Part shown: in pieces, positions 41,801 through 50,791 of the stretch
How the letters are laid out: every line of letters begins with the position of its first letter
How positions within the stretch are numbered: the first letter of the stretch is position 1
Assembly (NCBI GenBank): GCA_963827275.1
Contig: CAWHAA010000002.1
Span: forward strand, 128,001-192,000
Length of the DNA: 64,000 nt
DNA from: an uncultured Spirochaetota bacterium
GTDB lineage: Bacteria > Spirochaetota > UBA4802 > UBA5550
Direction: 5' to 3'
The notes under the pieces: generated by a model
Database searches by the model: none
Told to the model about the DNA's origin: nothing
What the model saw: only the letters and a program-made list of their open reading frames with translations
Position numbers and translations under genes: made by a program

Positions 41801-44246
41801 GTCCATTGAAACTGACAGGCAGAAATACCGGCCGGGCGATACGACGGTAGCGACGCTCAGGGCGCGTGACGGAAGCGGCGCGCCGGTCAGGGCCGACCTT
41901 TCCGTTGCGGCGGTGGACGAGGCGGTATTCCAGGTGCGGCATGACCACACCCCGCCCATGAAGGACTTCTTTTACTCGAAAATATCAAACTGGGTGCTGA
42001 CCAGCTATTCCTACCCGGTGACCCTGCTTGCCGGCGCCGCCAAGGTCGGCGGCGCAATAAAGGTGCGGGAGAAGTTTGAGGACACCGCGTTCTGGGCGGC
42101 GAAGGTCAGGACCGATGCCGACGGCGCCGCGCGGGTGAGCTTCACCCTCCCTGATAACCTGACGACGTGGCGCCTCACTGCGCGGGGACACGACAGGACG
42201 GGCCGGGTCGGGGAGATGCGCGCATCATTCCCGGTCACGCAGGACCTGATCGCGCGCATCGGGAAGCCGCGGTTCATGGTGGAGGGCGACACCATGGCGC
42301 TTATCGGCATTGTCAACAGCAATACCGGGAGGGGGCTCAGGCAGGTGGCGACCGAGCTGAAGGCCGACGGAACAGAGCTCCAGCCTGATGAAAAAACCGC
42401 CATCAGCCTTCCCGCGTTCGGGTCGGCGCGGCAGTACTATTTATACAAAGTGCCAAAAGAGAAGCGGGAGGTGACTCTCCAGTATACGGCGCGGGCAGAC
42501 CGGGAAGCCTCCGACGCGCTCACGCTGCCGGTCCCGGTTGAGCGGCGCGGCACTTCGTTCAAGCTCTTCGGCATCGGGGACATGGCGGGGAATAAAAGCG
42601 TGGTCATCGCGCCGCTTGCGGATACGGACGATTTCTCCTTCGTGCCGGAATCGGCGACCGTGTCGCTGAACCCCTCCCCGATAATCCAGATGCTCCGCGC
42701 GGCTGATTTCCTGAGCGAGTATCCTTACGGGTGCGTGGAACAGACACTGAACAGCTTTATCCCTAACCTCGCGCTGCAGAGGATGCTCCGGCAGAAGGGA
42801 TACGCCGGGTTCATCAGCGACAGGGCGAAGAAAAAGCTTGAAGACAAGGCCGGCGCGGGCCTCGCGCGCGTGCAGCAGCAGCAGAACGACGACGGGACCT
42901 GGGGCTGGTGGTCCGGGGACCGGGGCAACGGTTCCGTGACCGGGTACGTCCTGTATTCGCTCTACCTTGCTCGCGCGTCAGGCTACGCGGTGGACAAGGA
43001 GCGCGTTGCACGGGGCCTGGAGGCCGTTACCAGGTATTTAAAGAATCCCACGGTCGAGGAATGGGACGAGATATCCTACCTTATCTATATCAATGCGCTC
43101 TGGGGCCGCTGGGACCATGATGTTTTTCTCAGGGCGATGAAGGCGGGCGAACCGGGCGCGTACCGCCTGGCCTGTCTCCTGAAAGCGTTGTCACTCGCCC
43201 GTTCGCATGAGAAATTGGGTGAAGAGATGAAAAACGACATCAACGCCGCCATGCCCCGGCTCAGGGATTCGCTCCTGGCCCTGGCGAAAAAGGACGGACG
43301 CGGGATCTACTGGGGGAGCAGGGAACAAGACCGTTGGAGCTGGCCGGGCGGGGACCCGGAAGTGACGGCGCATGTGCTCTCCGCGCTGGTGGCATCGGGC
43401 GACCGGACGACCCTGCCGGCCCAGATCGTCAGCTCGCTCTGCGGCCGTGGACGCGGCGAGGCCTGGAATTCAACAAAAGAGACGGGGACCGTCATGCTGG
43501 CCCTGTGCGGATATATTGAAGCGACCGCCGGCGCCGCCGTACCGAAGGGTACGGTGCGCTTTGCCATGGACGGCAGGACAATCGCCGACATTCCCTATGA
43601 TCTTGAAAAGCCCGGGGACCCTGAACGGTACACCAGAAAAATTTCCCTTGCCGGGAGCGCGCCGCGCTCCTCGTTCGCCATCGCGGCGGACGGGAACGCC
43701 GGCGCGGACGTAAGCTTCCAGGTCGTGATTGACGGGACGCTCTATTTCAGGGAGAAGGGATTGTCCCTTCTGAAATCGGAAGAGCGGGGCATCGGCGCTC
43801 TTTCAAACGGCATCACAATCACCAGGACCTTTGCCGCCATCACCAGGGTCCGCGATGCGCATAATAACGAGTACATGGTGCCGCAGAGCCTTGACGGGAC
43901 CAGGGCGGTCCAGGTGGGGGACGAGATGCTGGTAAAGGTGAAATTCTCTGTGCAGGACGACTTCCAGTACCTGGTGCTGGAGGACTATCTCCCCTCGGGA
44001 TTCGAGGTGACCAGGAACAGCGCCTACGACGACTACCGGCCGTATGTTCACATGGAGCGGAGGGACAACCGGATGGTGTATTTCTTCACCGGCCTCAAGA
44101 AGAACGAGGCATACGAGATCGCCTATGTGATTCGGGCCGAGCTGCCGGGGAATTTCATGGTTCGGCCGTCGCGGATGGAATGCATGTACGAGCCGACCAT
44201 CCAGGGGTGGGCGGCGCCGGCCGTTGTTGAAGTGAAGAAAAAATAG
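38871..44246 (+). CDS. Bacterial alpha-2-macroglobulin lipoprotein with N-terminal carboxypeptidase-regulatory-like domains
   Basis: Lipobox ILTH-C, YTDRPVYRAG, LPDNLTTWR, thioester YPYGCVEQ, DGTWGWW, EDYLPSGFE. Confidence 0.93.
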   Translation: MCKKIFSCLILVSLGLILTHCDTAGVKRLDDGRSIYLSDGKKLSAKTGIEGHVIDAKTKKGIRDAQVEMKNANMGVGYYTRETDRNGYFKIEDFIPYVRYSVEATAKGYVTYRSTGPVTGGSHTFALAPESRLSGTVRNRKGEPLLGVEVKLTAYDEPTEEGENIVSRAPRIAATDGNGSYGFDKLPAGSYTVLFTFPGCISETAQVRNIKEGESFDLPMVMTRPASVMGNVVIEGLNSPAINVDVSIEGQVTQSAATFQDGTYRLDDVKPGTYKMTVAHQGFYELTAHTIKISEGEKRENVNFTVKAKEPQVQVYAYRYTFAPGDAIEFNVRSLRLETLKATVYRVPIDILVRGGVDADRLDPAAEGFKALFSWDEPVREFEPYEWRYQSVQVKNPLSTGGYCIEVRGAGRVISRKFFSLTTVGVVMKRSRESVFAYVTSLVDNTPIPDARVVLFDTTPQKKKGKKATYDPPDQVEDLPVKALLQGKTDRDGICHKGFRSDRHISAIVIAGDGSYAICNTGSPSSFEKEQKKYFIYTDRPVYRAGDAVHYKIIAKNRERRFVPVAGERLYYRIVNRDMAKTVAEGEMTLDDWGTADGALALSREAHLGVHEIMAGPTVKNLYSRGRFYVEQYRKPEFIIKIIPSKDYFINGDTTEFKVESKYFFGAPLKGALVQYRFYETRLRDANTTYWWERDYGDSAPYNRIVLEGEKYADDEGVAVLRLHAGNLPYDREITCEATVVDRSNVSITASGTVRIGRGEYYIKIEPTRNFFAAGEKKVVAVKTMTHTGKPLSARVKVELFRYIWKPWERVYVHDSRPLYSETATTDSRGAVLIELPKQFSLYGEFDMVVTGTDRRENRITASRVIWVYGAEGSAVASRFKNLELTLDTDEMAKPGEVTCLVKSCFTDAYVCLTLEGRDVYESKVVKMTGNIVPVKFTVKEAYAPNLYVTASMQRKRALYTESAGITIPVNDTELSLSIETDRQKYRPGDTTVATLRARDGSGAPVRADLSVAAVDEAVFQVRHDHTPPMKDFFYSKISNWVLTSYSYPVTLLAGAAKVGGAIKVREKFEDTAFWAAKVRTDADGAARVSFTLPDNLTTWRLTARGHDRTGRVGEMRASFPVTQDLIARIGKPRFMVEGDTMALIGIVNSNTGRGLRQVATELKADGTELQPDEKTAISLPAFGSARQYYLYKVPKEKREVTLQYTARADREASDALTLPVPVERRGTSFKLFGIGDMAGNKSVVIAPLADTDDFSFVPESATVSLNPSPIIQMLRAADFLSEYPYGCVEQTLNSFIPNLALQRMLRQKGYAGFISDRAKKKLEDKAGAGLARVQQQQNDDGTWGWWSGDRGNGSVTGYVLYSLYLARASGYAVDKERVARGLEAVTRYLKNPTVEEWDEISYLIYINALWGRWDHDVFLRAMKAGEPGAYRLACLLKALSLARSHEKLGEEMKNDINAAMPRLRDSLLALAKKDGRGIYWGSREQDRWSWPGGDPEVTAHVLSALVASGDRTTLPAQIVSSLCGRGRGEAWNSTKETGTVMLALCGYIEATAGAAVPKGTVRFAMDGRTIADIPYDLEKPGDPERYTRKISLAGSAPRSSFAIAADGNAGADVSFQVVIDGTLYFREKGLSLLKSEERGIGALSNGITITRTFAAITRVRDAHNNEYMVPQSLDGTRAVQVGDEMLVKVKFSVQDDFQYLVLEDYLPSGFEVTRNSAYDDYRPYVHMERRDNRMVYFFTGLKKNEAYEIAYVIRAELPGNFMVRPSRMECMYEPTIQGWAAPAVVEVKKK

Positions 44247-44257
44247 AGGGTGCGCAT

Positions 44258-44470
44258 ATGAAACCAAAGACAATACTCATTATCGTGATCGTCGTGCTCC
44301 TGACGATATTCGCGATGCAGAATACCCACGCGGTCGTTGTCAATATGCTGTTCTGGCATCCGGATTTTCCCCTGATTATCCTGGTGCTGGTGTTATTGGG
44401 CGCAGGGCTTGTCGCGGGATACCTTGCGGGGGGTGCCGCCCAGGTCAAGAAGAAGGAAAAAGAGTATTAG
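44258..44470 (+). CDS. LapA/DUF1049 small membrane protein
   Basis: Two TM helices flanking FAMQNTHAV.V. Confidence 0.8.
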   Translation: MKPKTILIIVIVVLLTIFAMQNTHAVVVNMLFWHPDFPLIILVLVLLGAGLVAGYLAGGAAQVKKKEKEY

Positions 44471-44473
44471 CGC

Positions 44474-46549
44474 GTGAGAAGGCTGCTCCCTGCGCTCATC
44501 ATTGCCGTCATCGCGCTTTCCGCTCCCATGCGGGCGGCGGATGATGCCGATCCGGTCGTCGTCGTGCGGGTCCTTTCAAAGCAGGTCCGCCTTTTAAGCG
44601 AGGGCGTATTGGAAGAGATCGTCATATCGGCGGATGATGATGCGGCAATCATTGATGAGATCATGCACCGGCAGGAGCGCGGGAAGAGCATCACGATCAG
44701 AATGGATAACGGCGTGCCCCGCGTTGCGATAGACGCACAGCCCGTGACGGGTCCGATCGCGCTCTCGATCAGGCCCGGGCCGGACGGCGGCACCTGCAGG
44801 GTCAGGCTTTCGTCCGAGGAGCGTACCTTCCCGCTCCCCTTTTCCATCACGGGCAGTCAAGGGGAGCTCCGGTGTCACGTGCGGGAGCGGCTCTCCCGGT
44901 ACGCGGTCGATTCAGCCCTCGCGGAATACGGCGGGGAATTCCGGGATGACCGGGAAGCGGTGCTGGCGCTTGCCCATGTCATCAGGGCGCGGTATTTTTT
45001 CATGAAACGGGCGCCGGCTCACGGCGACGCGGATTTTTGCGACCTGGCGCACTGCCAGGCGTACCGGGGCAGGATACGGGGCGGGGCCCCGCTTGGCGAT
45101 GGATGGACCATTGACCACGAAAAACTTTCAAAGAACCTTTTCTTCAATTCTCGCTGCGGCGGGAGCATCTTCAGCGACAGCGTGTTCGGCAGAGGACCGC
45201 GCCCAGCCGCGGCGGCACCGGCCGCCAGGGACTGGCTCTACCGCGAGGGGTCCTGGCTCTGCCGTGACGCCGCGTCCCGGTGGGAGTGCACGATACGCGG
45301 TGAGGAACTCGGGCGGATCGTCTTCCCGGAGCGCGGCGCGAGCGGGACAGGCGCGCCGCGCTTTGAATATGACCGGGGGATGCTGGTTGTCCGTGTTCGC
45401 GGCGGCGGGAGCGGGACAGTCATCCCCGTGGAGACCTTCAGGCTTACGGTAAACCGTGTCCGGGGATGGAATTTCATAAAGAGCAATAACTTCGAGATGA
45501 CTGAAGAGTCGGAGGGTGAAGGAACGCGGTACCGGTTCCGGGGGGAGGGGCTGGGTCACGGTGCCGGTCTCTGCCAGCACGGCGCCGCCGCCCTGTCGCG
45601 GCGCGGGTACAATCGCTACGAGATAATAGAACACTATTTCCCTGACCTGCAGTTTCGGGCGCCCCGGAACAAACCGGCCCTGCCGCCGGGACTCTCATAC
45701 TGTATTGTTGACCTGGCCTCGGGAAACCCCCTGGAAATGAGCCACGGCCGCGACTTTTTAAAGAGAAGGGTGCCTCCCGGTTCCATCTTCAAGCTCATCG
45801 TTGCGCTGTATCTCGCGGCTGAACGCCCGGACCTCTTCTACGATTATACCTATGACTGTGCCGGAAAAAACAGAGGCGACCATCGCATGCCGGACCGGTG
45901 CTGGGACCCGGCCGGACACGGCACGGTCAGGATAGGGGATGCGGTGGCGCATTCGTGCAATCTATATTTTGCGTCGCTCTATGACAAAATACCGGAAAAG
46001 AGATTCAGGATCTTTTATGAACGCCTGTCCCGCTCCCTCGGGATATCGTCCGTGCTGCCGGAGGTCGCGGATGAGCGCGGCTGGTCGAAGCTCCTTGCAG
46101 GACTCGATTCCCGGCTGTCATTCCCGGTGGGTGATTATATCCGCCTTGCGATGTACCTGGATTGCGACCGGCGCCCAGAAGGGTATGAGAAACAGGACCC
46201 GGCCGGCCCGGCGCTCCCCGAGCGGAGAGCGCTATTCAAGTCAATGAAGCGCCTGTTTGTCGACGGGACTGCCTCACGTCGGTCAAAGGACCCGGCCGGG
46301 CGCGGTACTGACGGCATCCTCGAGCAATGGGAGGGGCGCGTTCTCGCATCGGGGCGGCATGAGTTCTGGGGAAAGACCGCGACTATCGCAGACGGGACCA
46401 ACAGCGCCCTCGGCTACGGGGTCTTCATCGGCGGGAGCGGCACGACCGGCATTGTCGCTGTCGCCAGGAGGTCGAGCGGGCGGATGGCGGCGCGGTGGGC
46501 GCGGATCGCGCTGATACGCTATATCGATAACGCGCGGCCGTCACGCTGA
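44474..46549 (+). CDS. SpoIID/LytB domain fused to a penicillin-binding transpeptidase-like domain
   Basis: Signal peptide, Y......AE, DFCD..HCQAY.G, GHGAGLCQHGA, then PGSIFK, HSCN, GKTAT. Confidence 0.8.
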   Translation: MRRLLPALIIAVIALSAPMRAADDADPVVVVRVLSKQVRLLSEGVLEEIVISADDDAAIIDEIMHRQERGKSITIRMDNGVPRVAIDAQPVTGPIALSIRPGPDGGTCRVRLSSEERTFPLPFSITGSQGELRCHVRERLSRYAVDSALAEYGGEFRDDREAVLALAHVIRARYFFMKRAPAHGDADFCDLAHCQAYRGRIRGGAPLGDGWTIDHEKLSKNLFFNSRCGGSIFSDSVFGRGPRPAAAAPAARDWLYREGSWLCRDAASRWECTIRGEELGRIVFPERGASGTGAPRFEYDRGMLVVRVRGGGSGTVIPVETFRLTVNRVRGWNFIKSNNFEMTEESEGEGTRYRFRGEGLGHGAGLCQHGAAALSRRGYNRYEIIEHYFPDLQFRAPRNKPALPPGLSYCIVDLASGNPLEMSHGRDFLKRRVPPGSIFKLIVALYLAAERPDLFYDYTYDCAGKNRGDHRMPDRCWDPAGHGTVRIGDAVAHSCNLYFASLYDKIPEKRFRIFYERLSRSLGISSVLPEVADERGWSKLLAGLDSRLSFPVGDYIRLAMYLDCDRRPEGYEKQDPAGPALPERRALFKSMKRLFVDGTASRRSKDPAGRGTDGILEQWEGRVLASGRHEFWGKTATIADGTNSALGYGVFIGGSGTTGIVAVARRSSGRMAARWARIALIRYIDNARPSR

Positions 46550-47125
46550 GAGCTGCTTCAGCGCGTCCTTGATAATAGTCTCGATCGAGGCAGCAGGATC
46601 GTTTTTTAATACCTCATCAATGACCCGGGATGATTTTGCGTCATCGAAGCCGAGGGTTACCAGCGCTTCGACCGCGTCATTTTTCAGCGTCGGGGGCTCA
46701 CCGGATTGACCGGCATAGTGCGCGAGTTTCTTTATCTTGCGCTTCAGGTCGAAGATCAGCTTCTCTGCCTTGGCCTTGCCGATGCCAGGTATTTTCATCA
46801 GAAGGGCGGCGTTCTCGGTCTGAACCGCTTCGATAAGGCGGCCGATGCTGATGCCGGAGAGGATGGACAGGGCCATGGACGGGCCGATACCGCTGATATT
46901 CAGAAGTATGACGAAGAGGTCCCTCTCATCCTCGGTGGAGAACCCGAAGAGCCTGAACTGATCCTCCCTGTGGAGCGTGTGCACGTACAGGGCCGTTTCT
47001 TCCGATGGCTGGATCTTTTCATAGGTGGTGAGGGGGATACTCAGGCCGTAGCCCACTCCATGCACATCGATGACCACCTCTGTTGGTTTTAACTGATCAA
47101 TTTTTCCTTTTATTTTTGAGATCAT
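46541..47125 (-). CDS. ruvA: Holliday junction DNA-binding protein RuvA
   Basis: GVGY, LFGF, ISGIGP, IPGIGK, ALVTLGF. Confidence 0.96.
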   Translation of the reverse strand: MISKIKGKIDQLKPTEVVIDVHGVGYGLSIPLTTYEKIQPSEETALYVHTLHREDQFRLFGFSTEDERDLFVILLNISGIGPSMALSILSGISIGRLIEAVQTENAALLMKIPGIGKAKAEKLIFDLKRKIKKLAHYAGQSGEPPTLKNDAVEALVTLGFDDAKSSRVIDEVLKNDPAASIETIIKDALKQLSA

Positions 47126-47241
47126 GGAGTATATCCTTGCGCGAATGATAGGACATAATCCGATTATAGAATAATTTCAAGTAATAAATGTTGAATTTTT
47201 TTATAAATTTTTACCGGGAGCAATAAATTTTTAGTTTTCTT

Positions 47242-47652
47242 TCAGATCCATGATGAGGATTTGCTCTTTTCAGCGATCCTTTCAATTATCACAAAAGCCA
47301 CAGCGTAATCAAAATCGTGGCTTATGCTCAGGTGGAAAATATACGACTCCAGGGGGCCTTTATTTTTGATCAGCACGTCGGCGTTTTCAAAGAACGGCCT
47401 GCCGTTACTGTCGTTGAGAATGGTGACCGCGGCGTTGCTGAAGTCCCGGTAGCCCAGCGCCTTGGCGAGGGCCTCTTTTGAGGCATACCGGCCGGCCAGG
47501 AAGGTCTCCGGGTTTGTGTCCGGCAAAAGGGTGATCTCCTCGGATGAAAGGTTTTTCTGGGTGAAGCGGTCCCGGTGCTCGAGGTTCATGCGCCGTATAC
47601 GCCGAACGTCCACGATATCGGTCCCGATGCCTGCTATACTGCCCTGTTCCAT
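47242..47652 (-). CDS. acpS: Holo-ACP synthase
   Basis: GIGTDIV, AGRYASKEALAKALG, G.P, LSISHD. Confidence 0.93.
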   Translation of the reverse strand: MEQGSIAGIGTDIVDVRRIRRMNLEHRDRFTQKNLSSEEITLLPDTNPETFLAGRYASKEALAKALGYRDFSNAAVTILNDSNGRPFFENADVLIKNKGPLESYIFHLSISHDFDYAVAFVIIERIAEKSKSSSWI

Positions 47653-47848
47653 CCGTCACGTCTCCTGCTGAAATGATGAAGCGCGGGGCCATAGGTGTCA
47701 ACCGTGTTTTATCTAATGCCCTTCGTGCCGCTTCGAACGGTGCCACGTGCGGTCCTTTTTTGATGCTGCTTCCCATGCGGCAGGCGCAGACAGTGATGCC
47801 GGCTGTCGAATCACCGATGCCTGTCAGTCCATGGATTGGATAAAAAAC

Positions 47849-47913
47849 TTGACATTTTATTGCTACGTCAGTAATATTAACTAAATAGTTAGTTAAAATA
47901 AATAGTTGGTTAA
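47849..47913 (+). promoter_or_regulatory. Sigma70 promoter with tandem palindromic TetR operators
   Basis: TTGACA-17 nt-TAATAT, then TTAACTAAATAGTTAGTTAA (47877-47896) and an overlapping degenerate copy TAAAATAAATAGTTGGTTAA (47894-47913). Confidence 0.75.
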
Positions 47914-47925
47914 TAGGAGCTTATA

Positions 47926-48534
47926 ATGGAAGCCCTTTCAACTGAGGAAAAGATAAAAAAATCAGCGCAGAGGGAATTCGCGCAGTACGGCTATGAGGGG
48001 GCCCGGGTCGATCGGATCGCCCGGATGGCAAAAGTCAACAAGGCGATGATCTATTATCATTTTAAAAGCAAGGAAAACCTGTATGAGCATCTCTTATCAA
48101 AAGTGTATGCCGCCATTTTCCCCCGTATTATTGAAGATATTCCGAAAGAGCTAGGCCCGAGGGAGACGCTCGAACGGATCATCGGGAGCTTTATCGATTT
48201 CATCAAGGAGCTCGACGAGGATTTTATCCGGATGATGCTTCGCGAGCTCTCCAGCGGCGGAAAGTATTTTAAGAAACTGATGCTGCCGAAAGTCATTGTC
48301 CCGATGATAAAGGTCGTGGAGCAGCTTTTCGAAGATGGCGTGCGGCAGGGTGTGTTTAAAACTGTCGTCCCCCACTATTCGTTCATACAGACGCTCGGGG
48401 CGATCATATTTACCAACGCTATCCGCATAATCCTTTCTGATACGGACGTCGGCAAGGCCCTGTTCAAGAAAGATTTTTTTGATGATTTCAAGAGGAACCT
48501 GCTTACGATTCTTGAAAAAGGGATCCTGGCGTGA
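47926..48534 (+). CDS. TetR/AcrR family regulator
   Basis: F...GY......IA..A.VNKAMIYYHFKSKE.L helix-turn-helix. Confidence 0.93.
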   Translation: MEALSTEEKIKKSAQREFAQYGYEGARVDRIARMAKVNKAMIYYHFKSKENLYEHLLSKVYAAIFPRIIEDIPKELGPRETLERIIGSFIDFIKELDEDFIRMMLRELSSGGKYFKKLMLPKVIVPMIKVVEQLFEDGVRQGVFKTVVPHYSFIQTLGAIIFTNAIRIILSDTDVGKALFKKDFFDDFKRNLLTILEKGILA

Positions 48535-48546
48535 CGAGGAGGAAAC

Positions 48547-49977
48547 ATGAATAGCAGGACACGTTTGCTACTGTTGATTTTACTGGCCGGTGCGCTGCCG
48601 TGCCTGGTTCACCAGGTCCCCGTGAGCGCCCGGGAGACAGTAAAGAGAATACGCCTGGACGATGCCATCGCTCTTGCCAAGCAGAACAACCATGACTATA
48701 AGATCGCCCGGCACCGGCAGAAGGCCGATTCGGAAAAAGTGAACCAGGCCTGGGGCACCCTCCTCCCGGTCATCGAATCACAGGCCGCCCTCGTCCGCCA
48801 GGGCGCCGATTCAGGCTTCCTGAGCATGTCTGACGGGCAGTACGATATCAGGCTGGTGCAGGTGAAATTCGGCATCAACCCGGGGATGTTCTACAACGCC
48901 CTGCAGATGTCGCGCAAGGCGTATGCCGCTTCGGCGGAGGAAGTGAAGAAGATCAAGAGCGATATCGAGTTCAACGTCATAGAGAGCTATTTCAACTGCA
49001 TCCTCGCCGAAGAGATGATATCGATCAGGAAAGACACGGTGAAGCTTTTACAGGAAAACCTGAAAGATGTCACGAACATGTATAAAACCGGGAGCGTCCC
49101 GAAATACGAGCTCCTCCAGGCGCAGGTGCACCTGAAGGGGCAGGAACCGCTCCTCTTTGAGGCGGAAAACCGCTACCGGCTTGCGCAGGAGATGTTCAAC
49201 TACCAGCTCGGGCTCGACGAACGGATTTATACCGCCGACCGGGAGATCCTGGGGAAGGATGAGTTCCGGAGCGCGGAGGACGACATCGATCTATTTGTGC
49301 GGCGCGTCGGCGGCGTGGCGATGACGAACAGGCCGGAGATCATCCAGCTTAAAATGAAAAAAGAGATCGCCGGTCACATGAAGAACATCAATGATTCCTA
49401 CTACCTCTGGCCCACCTTCATGGTGGGGGGCTATTACGGGTACAACAAGGGCCTCCCCACCGCCACCGAGGCCTACCTCCCGGTGTCGAACGGGGGGGTG
49501 GGATACATGGACCTGTCGCGCATCGCGGGTGACGGCAGGTGGCAGCCCAACTGGCAGGTGCAGATCGCCGCGACCTACCGCTGGAGCGCCCTGCTCCCGT
49601 TCGATTCCACCAGGGCGCAGGCGCGGGAGTCAAAGGAGCGCATGAAGGAGACCGAAGAGGAGATCCTCAAGGTGAAGCGCCTGATAACGATATCGCTCAA
49701 ATCATCGTATGCGAACCTCCTGACCTCGTGCCGGACGATCGCTTCCCACAGGGAAAACGTCGAGAAGGCGCAGGAAGGGCTGCGCATCGCGCGGGAGAGC
49801 TACCGGGCGGGCGTGATCAGGAACGCGGAGCTGATCGGCGCGCAGGTGCCCCTCACCCAGGCGCAGGCGGGATACATAAACGCCGTGAATACCTACTACC
49901 AGTCGCTGGCGAAACTGAAGAAGGAGATCGGCGTGGAAGATGAAGGCATTATTTTCGGAGGGAACAGGCATGAATAA
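48547..49977 (+). CDS. TolC family outer-membrane efflux protein
   Basis: Signal peptide, L.DAI..A..NN, two repeats ending Y..G.....ELL.AQ. Confidence 0.9.
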   Translation: MNSRTRLLLLILLAGALPCLVHQVPVSARETVKRIRLDDAIALAKQNNHDYKIARHRQKADSEKVNQAWGTLLPVIESQAALVRQGADSGFLSMSDGQYDIRLVQVKFGINPGMFYNALQMSRKAYAASAEEVKKIKSDIEFNVIESYFNCILAEEMISIRKDTVKLLQENLKDVTNMYKTGSVPKYELLQAQVHLKGQEPLLFEAENRYRLAQEMFNYQLGLDERIYTADREILGKDEFRSAEDDIDLFVRRVGGVAMTNRPEIIQLKMKKEIAGHMKNINDSYYLWPTFMVGGYYGYNKGLPTATEAYLPVSNGGVGYMDLSRIAGDGRWQPNWQVQIAATYRWSALLPFDSTRAQARESKERMKETEEEILKVKRLITISLKSSYANLLTSCRTIASHRENVEKAQEGLRIARESYRAGVIRNAELIGAQVPLTQAQAGYINAVNTYYQSLAKLKKEIGVEDEGIIFGGNRHE

Positions 49978-50791
49978 GGAAGCTGGCATGGATAAGAGAA
50001 AGTTAATCCCCATAGCGGTCATCGTGGTGGCGCTCACGATCTCCGTTCTCTATTTCGAGGTGTTCCGCCATATCAAGACAGACGGATCGCGCATCGAGGG
50101 TTCGGGCACCATCGAGGTGACCGAAATAGACATCGGTTCGAAGCTGATGGGGAGGATTGTCTCGATCGCAAAGGACGAAGGCGAAGCGGTGACACAGGGC
50201 GAGGTGCTGGTGCGGATCGCCTACGCAGAGCTTGATGCGCAGCGGCTTTCCGTAATCGCAAACCTGAACAATGCAAAAAAGAACATGGAGCGGGTCAGGG
50301 CGCTCTATAAGAGCGGCTCGGTTTCAAAGAAGGACTTCGACAACATGGAGGCATTGTACCGGACCGCGAAGGCGGGGCACGAGCAGATCAACGCGGCGAT
50401 CGACAACGCGGCGATCGCCTCCCCGATCGACGGCGTGGTGCTTGAAAAAAATCTCGAGATCGGCGAGATCGCCTTTCCCGGCACGCCGGTGCTGACCGTG
50501 GCGGACATAGAGGACACCTGGATAAAAATATATGTGAATGAAACGGAGATGGGCAGGGTGAAGCTCGGCCAGAAGGCGGTGGTCACCGTGGATTCGTTCC
50601 CTGATAAAGAGTTCAGGGGGAACGTCGTCTCGATTTCGAACAAGGCGGAATTCACCCCAAAGACGATACAGACAAAGGATGAACGGGTCAAGCTCATGTT
50701 CGCGGTGAAGATCGCGGTGCCGAACCCGAACCAGGAACTCAAGCCGGGGATGCCGGCAGACGCCTCTATCATAACCGGAGAAAAAAAATGA
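49970..50791 (+). CDS. HlyD/YbhG-like periplasmic adaptor
   Basis: SGTIE, SPIDGVV, AEFTPK.IQT..ER, LKPGMPAD. Confidence 0.92.
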   Translation: MNKEAGMDKRKLIPIAVIVVALTISVLYFEVFRHIKTDGSRIEGSGTIEVTEIDIGSKLMGRIVSIAKDEGEAVTQGEVLVRIAYAELDAQRLSVIANLNNAKKNMERVRALYKSGSVSKKDFDNMEALYRTAKAGHEQINAAIDNAAIASPIDGVVLEKNLEIGEIAFPGTPVLTVADIEDTWIKIYVNETEMGRVKLGQKAVVTVDSFPDKEFRGNVVSISNKAEFTPKTIQTKDERVKLMFAVKIAVPNPNQELKPGMPADASIITGEKK

